This document shows positions 36,932-44,926 of a DNA stretch of 64,000 bases, piece after piece. Position numbers and translations under genes: made by a program. A model generated the notes under the pieces. That model did no database searches, was not told the origin of the DNA, and saw only the letters and a list, made by a program, of their open reading frames with translations. This DNA comes from an uncultured Chloroflexia bacterium (lineage in GTDB: Bacteria > Chloroflexota > Anaerolineae > Anaerolineales > UBA4823). Position 1 is the first letter of the stretch. The number at the start of each line of letters is the position of its first letter. The DNA lies in assembly GCA_963809615.1 (NCBI GenBank), contig CAWEKR010000011.1, forward strand, positions 50,951 through 114,950. Reading direction: 5' to 3'.

Positions 36932-37513
36932 CTACGATTCCGTTAGGGTAAGAATTTCCTGGTAGCGAAAACAATCTCTCGTATGATCGTTAACCATGCC
37001 CACCGCCTGCATGTGGGCATAACATATAGTAGGACCGACGAACTGAAAACCACGCTGAATAAGGTCTTTGCTAAATTGGCGCGAAATTTCCGTCTCCGCG
37101 GGGATCTCATGATCCGCGGTCCAGCAGTTAACGATGGGCTTGCCCCCTACGAACTGCCACATGTAGGCATCAAAGCTGCCGAACTGCTGCTGGATTTTTA
37201 AGAAGGACTGGGCATTACGGATGGCGGCGTTGATCTTAAGGCGGTTGCGGATAATGCCCGGGTTTGCCAGCAGCTCTGACAGCTTAAGCTCATCGTAAGC
37301 GGCGATTTTCTGGGGGTCAAATCCATCAAAGGCTGAACGATAATTGGGACGCTTTTTCAAAATCGTATACCAGCTTAAACCGGCTTGTGCGCCTTCTAAA
37401 ATGAGGAATTCGAATAGCAAGTGGTCATCGTGGACAGGAACCCCCCATTCCTGGTCGTGATACGCCTGGTAAAGCGGGTCATCCGTATTGGCCCAAAAGC
37501 AGCGGGTTGGCAT
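36932..37513 (-). CDS. tag: DNA-3-methyladenine glycosylase I
   Basis: RCFWANTDDPLYQAYHDQEWGVPVHDDHLLFEFLILEGAQAGLSW is the canonical Tag N-terminus. C-terminal Zn-site residues (CYAHMQAVGMVNDH) are present. Confidence 0.9.
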   Translation of the reverse strand: MPTRCFWANTDDPLYQAYHDQEWGVPVHDDHLLFEFLILEGAQAGLSWYTILKKRPNYRSAFDGFDPQKIAAYDELKLSELLANPGIIRNRLKINAAIRNAQSFLKIQQQFGSFDAYMWQFVGGKPIVNCWTADHEIPAETEISRQFSKDLIQRGFQFVGPTICYAHMQAVGMVNDHTRDCFRYQEILTLTES

Positions 37514-38195
37514 TAAGTTGTCTCCTTGCCATAGCGTTGTTCACTATTGATTGGCAGCGCGATGCGTAGCGATCATTCGACCAATTCTGCCCCGATAGCC
37601 GCTCGAGAAGAGGCCCAGCATACTGGAGCTCATGGGCGGCAAATGGATCATCAGACTCGGATAGCATTAGGATGGTGTAGTAAAACGGGAAGCCGTGCCA
37701 TTTCCCTTTTCCATCGCGGTGGCCCGCCAGCGCAGTCAAAAATTGGCTCAAATGCACTGCAGAGTCTTCATTATCGAGGGCAGCCAAATAGCGCATATAT
37801 GCCACCGTCAGTGATCTGCATTCTCCCTTGGAGCAAAACGTACTATAACACATCAAATTCATGCGCCGGTCGGATAATTGGATGGACCTGGCGGCAGCTG
37901 GATTATCCGGCGCAAGGAGGGCAAGCACTCTGGTAGTCTCGATGAGTGGCATGTGGCGGCAAGCAAACTCAGTACGAAGCATTTCGCCAGTGAAGAGCCT
38001 GGTTTGGCTGCGCGGTTCAGAGGCGTACGGGATGAAGAACCCGGAATTCGATCCTGTAAGTATCTGCCGTTTAATGAATAAGTGGGCAAGCTCATCCCGA
38101 AGCGCAGGCGCGATGGCCCTTTGAAAAAATAATACCTCCGTTGCAGAGTCAAGACTGGCGGTTAAACTGGTTGGATGGAAGATGATCATTTTCAC
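37479..38195 (-). CDS. Hypothetical protein
   Basis: 238-aa ORF between a GNAT gene and tag, overlapping the tag start by 35 nt. It appears helical and Cys-containing (CYSTFCSKGEC). I recognise no family. Confidence 0.5.
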   Translation of the reverse strand: MKMIIFHPTSLTASLDSATEVLFFQRAIAPALRDELAHLFIKRQILTGSNSGFFIPYASEPRSQTRLFTGEMLRTEFACRHMPLIETTRVLALLAPDNPAAARSIQLSDRRMNLMCYSTFCSKGECRSLTVAYMRYLAALDNEDSAVHLSQFLTALAGHRDGKGKWHGFPFYYTILMLSESDDPFAAHELQYAGPLLERLSGQNWSNDRYASRCQSIVNNAMARRQLNANPLLLGQYG

Positions 38196-38213
38196 CCCTC
38201 TCTCATTCCATGA

Positions 38214-38771
38214 TCAAAGAATATATCTCATGATTGGACGGGTCTCGGACCGCCTGGCGACTTCGCTAAATCCGGCTTGCTTGAATGCGGAATATAACCC
38301 GGTGTATAAGAAGACATCCGGGGCTTTACCGCCTTTTGGCTCAACAGGATACCCTTCAACGATACAAGCGCCTTTCGTCCTGGCATATTCTATGGAAGCC
38401 TGTAATAGCTTCACGGTTAATCCCGTCCGTCTCTGGCGGCGAGCGGTAAAGAAGCAGACCACTGACCAGACCGGCTGATTGTCCACGGGTTTAAGGATGC
38501 GCGAGCGCGCCAGGGTGGGGAACTCTTCACGCGGGGCGATGGAACACCAGCCGACAGGCTCATCCGCTTCATACGCCAGGATGCCCGGAATATTGCCCGA
38601 ATCCACCAGCGCTTTGATATTCCGCCTGTTTGGCTCACCATGCTGCTCGTTATATTGGGTAGGAGAAAGGCGCCAATACATGCACCAGCAGCCTCCACAG
38701 GCGCCACGCGGGCCAAATAATTTTTCAAAATCCGTCCAACGTTGTGGGGTAAGAGGGTGGAAAGTGATCAT
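38214..38771 (-). CDS. GNAT family N-acetyltransferase
   Basis: The N-terminal CGGCWCMYWR motif and the core VVCFFTARRQRRTGLTVKLLQASIEYA (Q/RxxGxG/A-like) are typical of a widespread single-domain GNAT subfamily. Confidence 0.75.
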   Translation of the reverse strand: MITFHPLTPQRWTDFEKLFGPRGACGGCWCMYWRLSPTQYNEQHGEPNRRNIKALVDSGNIPGILAYEADEPVGWCSIAPREEFPTLARSRILKPVDNQPVWSVVCFFTARRQRRTGLTVKLLQASIEYARTKGACIVEGYPVEPKGGKAPDVFLYTGLYSAFKQAGFSEVARRSETRPIMRYIL

Positions 38772-38785
38772 TAATAGTGTTCCTC

Positions 38786-38809
38786 AAAAAAACGAATCGG
38801 TTCGATTCA
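38786..38809 (-). terminator. Small Rho-independent terminator candidate right after the acidic-protein gene
   Basis: The minus strand reads TGAATCG-AAC-CGATTCG followed by seven T. It starts 3 nt after stop codon 38813-38815. The stem is short (6-7 bp). Confidence 0.45.
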
Positions 38810-38812
38810 AAC

Positions 38813-39706
38813 TCAGGTGAGGTCGAATTCGAGGTATCCCCGACCCTGTTCAGCCTGGTATGCCGTAGTATTGGATGGCGAGGTAGACTGGATCTCCGAG
38901 GGCAAAGTCCGAGAATCAGGAGTGGAGTCAACGGGAGAATAAGAATTTAGACCCTTGAGATCCTCGTCATCCCCAAAGTCATCCTCGTCATCATCATCAT
39001 CTTCATCCCAATCGGATTCGTAATCGTCCTCGTCGTCATCATCCTCGTCATCGTTGTCATCATCCTCTTCTTTATCCGGCTCTGGAATAGCTTCTTCTCC
39101 TTCGAAATCCTCATCGCTCCCAAGATCATCATCATTTTCATCGACCTCAACAGCGGGCACGTCATTCTTATCCTCATCATCAAGGTCGTCTTCATCGTCA
39201 GGCTCATCGCCGTTACTGCCGTCTTCTTCAACCAGGTCTTCATCCTCATCTAAATCGTCTTCATCATCATCAGGATCACCCCCGTTCACCGCGTTAAAGG
39301 TGTTATTGGTTGGAACCAGAGCTACACGTTGGGATGGAAGGAGGTCAAATTTTTCACATTGCCCGATAGAATCACCTTGTGGGATGCGGTAAGAACTGAT
39401 GAACTGAGATGACCCGGTTTGAAGCGGTCGTGCGCTGCGGTCATCGTAAGTACCAGTCTGCACCAGGGCTAGCGCAGTGAGGGTAGTTATTTTTACCACT
39501 AACTGAGAAAACAGGTCACCTGCCGGAGTGGAGCACTCGTTTTGCGGAGTTGGGACGATTGAGGAGAATAAATCCGCTTGGGTGAGTGTGAACATTGTAG
39601 AAGCAGGGTCGGGAGTATTGTTGGAGAGACCAAATAATCCGGCGAAATTGAGGCGTGCCTTGCCAAGGATGCGAAGATGAGGGTTTAAGCGATAATTTGT
39701 CACCAT
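38813..39706 (-). CDS. Hyper-acidic hypothetical protein (central Asp/Glu tract)
   Basis: 297-aa ORF with a non-acidic N-terminal ~140 aa. A ~111-aa tract follows in which I count 72 D/E (GGDPDDDEDDLDEDEDLVEEDG...DWDEDDDDDEDDFGDDEDLKG). The tail is Ser/Thr/Pro-rich. I recognise no family. Confidence 0.6.
   Translation of the reverse strand: MVTNYRLNPHLRILGKARLNFAGLFGLSNNTPDPASTMFTLTQADLFSSIVPTPQNECSTPAGDLFSQLVVKITTLTALALVQTGTYDDRSARPLQTGSSQFISSYRIPQGDSIGQCEKFDLLPSQRVALVPTNNTFNAVNGGDPDDDEDDLDEDEDLVEEDGSNGDEPDDEDDLDDEDKNDVPAVEVDENDDDLGSDEDFEGEEAIPEPDKEEDDDNDDEDDDDEDDYESDWDEDDDDDEDDFGDDEDLKGLNSYSPVDSTPDSRTLPSEIQSTSPSNTTAYQAEQGRGYLEFDLT
38951..39283 (-). repeat. Low-complexity GAT/GAC/GAA/GAG codon tract encoding the poly-acidic region
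   Basis: Read directly: a long run of gat/gac/gag/gaa codons on the minus strand. It generates the Ser-rich shadow ORF 39054..39392 on the plus strand. Confidence 0.85.
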
Positions 39707-39807
39707 TGCCTAACTTTCGTTTTCACATGCGGAAGGTCTTCCCAGATCAATGTAGTATAGCCAGGTAAAATCACACATACAGTCGATCGAAATATTTTCG
39801 TAATCGA

Positions 39808-40203
39808 TCAAACCTGTGTGGATGGACCTTCCCATGAATATATTATTAAGTCGATCCGATCGCGGTCATCAAAAACCACTCCCTCAGATTCGAGCAGCTC
39901 GCGTTGTTGAGAACCACCTACCCCAGGGCGAAGGCTGACTTTACCTTGAGAGTTGATGACGCGCTGCCATGGGACGTCCTGTGGGCAATTTGCCATAGCA
40001 CCACCAACCCAGCGAGCGCCGAATGACAGGTACGATTTTGGATCCATCCCCGGAGGTGGAGGTAGAAAAGCAGCAATTCGACCATAGGTGGAGACCTTAC
40101 CAGCAGGAATCTGGCGAACAAGCGCCCACACGCTGTGATTGAATTCATCCCGTCTGGGTGGTGAAATGTAACGTTGAGCTGCATGAATGGCTGCAGGAGC
40201 CAT
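39808..40203 (-). CDS. atl: Alkyltransferase-like (ATL) protein: MGMT fold lacking the catalytic cysteine
   Basis: MGMT DNA-binding domain (VWALVRQIPAGKVSTYGRIA...ARWVGGAMANCP). PWQRV (DVPWQRVIN) replaces the catalytic PCHRV. The start is set at ATG 40203 (AAGGA 9 nt upstream); the track start is 40212. Confidence 0.8.
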   Translation of the reverse strand: MAPAAIHAAQRYISPPRRDEFNHSVWALVRQIPAGKVSTYGRIAAFLPPPPGMDPKSYLSFGARWVGGAMANCPQDVPWQRVINSQGKVSLRPGVGGSQQRELLESEGVVFDDRDRIDLIIYSWEGPSTQV

Positions 40204-40231
40204 AATTCCCATCCTTTTTTACGTAGTAACA

Positions 40232-40260
40232 AATATACCAGAACGCATGTTCTAGGTCAA
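40232..40260 (-). promoter_or_regulatory. Near-consensus sigma70 promoter upstream of the ATL gene
   Basis: The minus strand reads TTGACC (40260-40255), a 17-nt spacer, then TATATT (40237-40232). It matches the promoter at 21743..21771 at 24 of 29 positions. Confidence 0.7.
40240..40253. promoter_or_regulatory. LexA-type SOS box candidate (GAAC-N4-GTTC) inside the promoter spacer
   Basis: AGAACGCATGTTCT on the plus strand, with 5+5 nt perfect inverted arms AGAAC/GTTCT. Its position within the spacer is the same as the box at 21750..21763. Confidence 0.6.
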
Positions 40261-40490
40261 GTGGTTAATTGCTTTTCTAATCTTAGTAATATGGATTGAG
40301 GTAAATGATCACCTTAATCCAGGCTAAACCATTAGATGTCTCAAGTATAGAATGGATGCACCTGTTATTATATGAATAATGTACGTTGAAATACATAATA
40401 ATGTTCACCCCTGTCTGGGTGACCGACCATGCTATATCGATTACAATATGGTTTGTCCGACAACATTGACAGAGCTCAGAGATCAACAAC

Positions 40491-41837
40491 ATGGCGATTG
40501 ACACACCGTCCAACTACCGCAACCTTGTGATTTACGAAATATATGTGCGTAACCATGGAATAAGCGGCACATTTTTAGATGTGGAGAGGGATTTGCCCCG
40601 CCTGCACACGCTAGGGGTGGACATACTTTGGTTCATGCCGATCCACCCGATCGGAATGGTGAATAAAAAGGGGAGTATGGGATGCCCGTATTCGGTCAGA
40701 GATTACCGGGAGGTGAACCCGGAATACGGCACGATAGAAGACTTCAGGCGGTTGGTCAGGCTGGTGCATGAGATGGGAATGAAGGTGATAATCGATGTGG
40801 TATATAACCACAGCTCCCATGATTCGGTGCTGGTGAAGGAGCACCCGGATTACTTTCACCAGGATGAGCAGGGCAACCCGGTGACAACGGTATCCGAATG
40901 GACTGACGTCATCGATTTGAACTACTCAAATGCAGCGCTAAGCGATTACCTGATCGACACGCTGAAAATCTGGGTGGAGCTCGGTGTGGATGGATTCCGC
41001 TGTGACGTGGCATCACTGGTGCCCCAGGAATTTTGGCTGCGAGCGCGAAAGGAAGTAGCAAAGGCGGGACCAGGGGTGGTCTGGTTGGCAGAGTCGGTAC
41101 ATGCCAGTTTTGTGGGCTCCAGGAGGTCTAATGGACTGACCGGGCTATCAGATGGCGAGCTATATGCCGCGTTCGACTTTACTTATGATTATGATATTTG
41201 GCCCATCTGGCAGCTTGCAGTGCAGGGAAAAGTACCGGTACGAAGGTATATCGAGATGCTGCGTTACCAGGAATGCATCTATCCGGAGACGTATGTGAAG
41301 ATGCGATGCGTGGAAAACCATGACCAGGCACGCATCATGCGGCTGGCTCCCAGCCGATCGCAGGCAATGGCATGGACAGCATTTGAGGCATTTAATAAAG
41401 GACCTTTCCTGATCTATGGCGGGCAGGAGTCGGGCACAAAGCACACGCCTTCGCTATTCGAGATAGACAAGGTGGAATGGGGGGATTACTCCCTTCAGCC
41501 GTTCATCACCAGGCTGGCGAAGCTTAAAAAAGACCCGGCTCAGGTTGAAGGCAAGTTTGGGGTGATCCAGGCGGATCCAGCTATCCAGGCGGTGTGGGAA
41601 TACCCGGAAAAGAACTTATATGGGATATTTAATACAAGTGGGAAGTCTGGCTACATCATGGTCAGCCTGCCGGACGGGACTTACCGTGATCTCCTGAACG
41701 ATGGGCAAGTGACGGTGAGAGGGGGTAAGATGCTGCTTCCGGAAGCTGCAGCGATCGTACGATACCCACAAAAAGTCGTCCTCCGCCCGGCGTATAGCGA
41801 GCTGCTGGATTACACTGTCAGTGGGATCAACGCCTGA
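40491..41837 (+). CDS. GH13 alpha-amylase-family glycoside hydrolase
   Basis: Conserved GH13 regions: DVVYNHS, GFRCDVASLVP (nucleophile Asp), WLAESVH (acid/base Glu) and VENHDQ. No signal peptide. Confidence 0.85.
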   Translation: MAIDTPSNYRNLVIYEIYVRNHGISGTFLDVERDLPRLHTLGVDILWFMPIHPIGMVNKKGSMGCPYSVRDYREVNPEYGTIEDFRRLVRLVHEMGMKVIIDVVYNHSSHDSVLVKEHPDYFHQDEQGNPVTTVSEWTDVIDLNYSNAALSDYLIDTLKIWVELGVDGFRCDVASLVPQEFWLRARKEVAKAGPGVVWLAESVHASFVGSRRSNGLTGLSDGELYAAFDFTYDYDIWPIWQLAVQGKVPVRRYIEMLRYQECIYPETYVKMRCVENHDQARIMRLAPSRSQAMAWTAFEAFNKGPFLIYGGQESGTKHTPSLFEIDKVEWGDYSLQPFITRLAKLKKDPAQVEGKFGVIQADPAIQAVWEYPEKNLYGIFNTSGKSGYIMVSLPDGTYRDLLNDGQVTVRGGKMLLPEAAAIVRYPQKVVLRPAYSELLDYTVSGINA

Positions 41838-41838
41838 C

Positions 41839-42420
41839 TTATTCTTTGCCACCATGCAGACGTAGGATTTCGATCAACCCGGTTTGATTTTTCTCAATTG
41901 CCATAGCCAGGGGTGTCTTACCATCAAATTTTGGATTTGGGTCGACACCTCGATCAAGAAGCCACACAGCCATTTTGGGCTGGTTGAACATGACTGCAGC
42001 GTGAAGCGGTGTTATCCCGGTAGGAGAGGTCGCATTGGGGTCAGCTCCGTGTTGGAATAGATATTCTGCCACCTCAACCCTGGCATGGATGACGGGGAAA
42101 TATAACAAGGGGATGCCATGAGCGCCGCGGGCGTTTATCAGGTTGGGATCTTCCAAAAGAAAATCATTCATGCAGTCCAAATTCCCTAGCATGGCAGCGG
42201 TACAGATATCGTAATCGGCACCATGATCGATCAAGTAATTAACGATCTCCACCTGCCCAGTCTGGGCGGCAGCCTGAACTGCAGTTTCATCCCAGATGGC
42301 GGCCGAGCTTATCATTGATGGGTATTTTCCGAGCAGATCCCTGACCAATGAGAGGTTGCCATGGGCGTTACCGACAAACTGGTCAATGGTCTCTTGTGTT
42401 GGGGTTATGGTTACAGCCAT
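41839..42420 (-). CDS. Ankyrin-repeat protein
   Basis: Several 33-aa ANK repeats (GITPLHAAVMFNQPKMAVWLLDRGVDPN, GKTPLAMAIEKNQTGLIEILRLHG). Confidence 0.85.
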   Translation of the reverse strand: MAVTITPTQETIDQFVGNAHGNLSLVRDLLGKYPSMISSAAIWDETAVQAAAQTGQVEIVNYLIDHGADYDICTAAMLGNLDCMNDFLLEDPNLINARGAHGIPLLYFPVIHARVEVAEYLFQHGADPNATSPTGITPLHAAVMFNQPKMAVWLLDRGVDPNPKFDGKTPLAMAIEKNQTGLIEILRLHGGKE

Positions 42421-42805
42421 AGAATTGCTCCTAATTAAATGCTTATGTACCCAGATAATTTAACGAACTTTACCGCAGATAAACGCTGATAATCGGATGA
42501 ATCCGATAAAACAAGCATGATGACCAGAAAATAACGAAAATTTATCGGGATGGTAAAGGGCAAGATGAATAAACAAGGCTATATTAGACCATAATAGTCT
42601 GGATTTACAAGAGAAAGTTATATGTTTTTTAATCTGCAGGAGATTGACTACCTATGAAATTAGTTGAAACTGGCATTTTTAATCGAGGGTAAGCTGCCAG
42701 GTGAGGTAGTATCGGAGAGATTTTAGGATTGGGAAGATAGGTGAGGACGAGGTCGATCCTGTGAATGCCTTACTGAAATTGATGTGGCATTTGGAAATGG
42801 TAGCG

Positions 42806-42814
42806 TGCTAAAAT
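42806..42814 (+). promoter_or_regulatory. Extended -10 promoter candidate for the S9 peptidase gene
   Basis: TGcTAAAAT lies about 42 nt upstream of ATG 42856. There is no convincing -35. Confidence 0.3.
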
Positions 42815-42855
42815 AGAGCCAAACACGGACACAAAATATTCACATGGAGATATTT

Positions 42856-44864
42856 ATGGCAAATAGAAAATTGAGGACGATCACAGCCGAAGACCTGTAC
42901 GAGTTCAACACAGTGGCGGAAGTACGCATCTCACCAGATGGACAAAATGTGGTTTACACAGTTCAGAGAGTGGATCGAAAAACAGAAAAGAAATATACCA
43001 ACCTGTGGGTCGTTTCAACAAAGGAAGGTGACCCGCGCCAGTTTACAATAGGTGACCAGCACGATGGGAGCGGTCGCTTTTCGCCGGATGGTAAAGCGAT
43101 CGCTTTCTTATCGGACAGACGTGACAGGGAAAAACCTGCTCAAATCTACCTGATCCCTTTCACGGGGGGGAAGCCAGCCGACTTACCCAGATCGCTGGTG
43201 AGATTGGAGAAATTAGCTGGTCACCTGACGGGAAGCAAATCTTGTGTACTGTGCGAAAAAAGGATGTAGAAGTACTGGAACGCGAGAAAGATGAGCAGAA
43301 AAAGAAACTGGGAGTAGTGTCTAGGCATTATGAGCGTCTGTTTTATAAGCTGGATGGATATGGCTACCTGCCTCACGAGCGCACGCACGTCTGGACAGTA
43401 GATGCCAGGACAGGCAGAGCGAAACAACTGACTGAGGATGCAGTATATGATGAGCACCATCCCAGCTGGTCGCCAGATGGGAAATGGATCGCCTTCGTGT
43501 CCAACCGGAGTGAGAACCCAGACCTGACCCCTGAGCGGACTGACTTATTTATACTGCCGAGGGAAGGTGGAAAATTCCGCAAGATCGAGACGCCAGTAGG
43601 AGATAAGTATCTGCCTTCCTACTCACCGGATGGGAAGTGGATCGCTTACATCGGTGTGGAAGGGGAGGGATTATCGTATAAAAATGCCAGCCTGTGGTTG
43701 GTGCGAGCAGATGGCAATAAACCTGCCCGCAACCTGACTGAGAAGTTCGATGTGCACGTCGATTCCAGCACGATTAACGATATAGGAAGCCCGGAGACCA
43801 TGCCACCTACCTGGTCGAAAGACGGAAAACGAGTATATTTCAACACAGTGTTGCACGGGAGCACCAAGCTCGCCTCCATCGCGGTGAAAGGAGATGACCT
43901 GCGGGATGAAATCGGTGAAGGCGGTGTGGTGGGTTCATTCTCGCTGGATAAAGCACAGGAAAAACTGGCTTACTTCTATGGGAGAATAAATGACCCGGTG
44001 CAAATCTACGTGCGAGATATGGCAACAAGCAATGAACGCCAGCTCACCAGGCTGAATAAACTATTGGATTGGATCGATTTAGGGAAAATGGAGGAAGTGT
44101 GGTTCAAGGGACCAGCCGGGAATGACCTGCAGGGATGGATCCTGAAACCACCAGGTTTCGATGCGTCAAAAAAATATCCATCTATCATGGAAATCCACGG
44201 CGGACCGCTGACCCAATATGGAAAGTTCTTCATGCATGAGTTTTACTACCTGGCAGCACACGGCTACGTGGTCTACTTCACCAACCCACGCGGTGGTCGC
44301 GGGTATGGGGAGGAACATGCCAAGGGTATTTATGGGGATTGGGGAAATGTGGATTATGCCGACCTGATGGCGTGGGCCGACTATATGGCGAAGCGACCTT
44401 ACATTGACTCTGAGAGAATGGGTGTGACAGGAGGAAGCTACGGTGGATATATGACGGTGTGGATCATTGGGCATACCCAGCGGTTCAAGGCAGCCGTCAC
44501 CCAACGCTGTGTAAGCAACTTCGTCTCGATGTGGGGCTCGAGTGATTTCAACTGGACATTCCAGATGGAGCTGGGTAACAAACCGCCTTATGAGGACCTG
44601 CAGAATTTCTGGGCACATTCACCCATCGCGTATATCGGGAAGGCGCGCACACCTACATTGGTACTGCATAACGAATTTGACCTGCGCTGCCCGATCGAGC
44701 AAGGCGAGCAGGTGTTCGTTGCATTGAAAAAGCTGGGTGTGGACAGCGAGATGGTGCGTTTCCCGGATGAGTTCCACGGGTTATCCCGCACGGGGCGGAC
44801 CGATCGCAGGATCGCGCGGTTAAACCACATCCTGCGGTGGTTTGATACCTACTTGAAGGATTAA
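42856..44864 (+). pseudogene. S9 family prolyl oligopeptidase / acylaminoacyl-peptidase, interrupted by a frameshift at a G7 run
   Basis: Track ORFs 42844..43269 and 43242..44864 are the N- and C-terminal parts of one protein. The N-terminal part has PD40 propeller repeats (ISPDGQNVVY, FSPDGKAIAF, WSPDGKQIL, WSPDGKWIAF). The C-terminal part has a GGSYGG nucleophile elbow and an alpha/beta hydrolase fold. The frames switch at GGGGGGG 43164-43170. Confidence 0.85.
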
Positions 44865-44870
44865 AAATCA

Positions 44871-44909
44871 GACGCCTCGCAGTAAAAACAGCGAGGCGTC
44901 ATTCTTTTT
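44871..44909 (+). terminator. Rho-independent terminator after the S9 peptidase gene
   Basis: GACGCCTCGC-loop 10 nt-GCGAGGCGTC followed by ATTCTTTTT. Confidence 0.8.
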
Positions 44910-44926
44910 AATTTACCAAAAAAACT

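Noticed and set aside
39054-39392. 112-aa Ser-rich plus-strand ORF, plus the minus-strand alternate-frame ORF 38947..39249
   Set aside because: They are mirror or alternate frames of the GAT/GAC/GAA/GAG codon tract of the acidic-protein gene. There is no RBS, and the long ORF with flanking non-repetitive domains is on the minus strand.
40283-40513. 76-aa minus-strand ORF in the AT-rich region upstream of the GH13 gene
   Set aside because: It has low-complexity AT-driven composition and no RBS. It overlaps the GH13 start and the likely promoter region.
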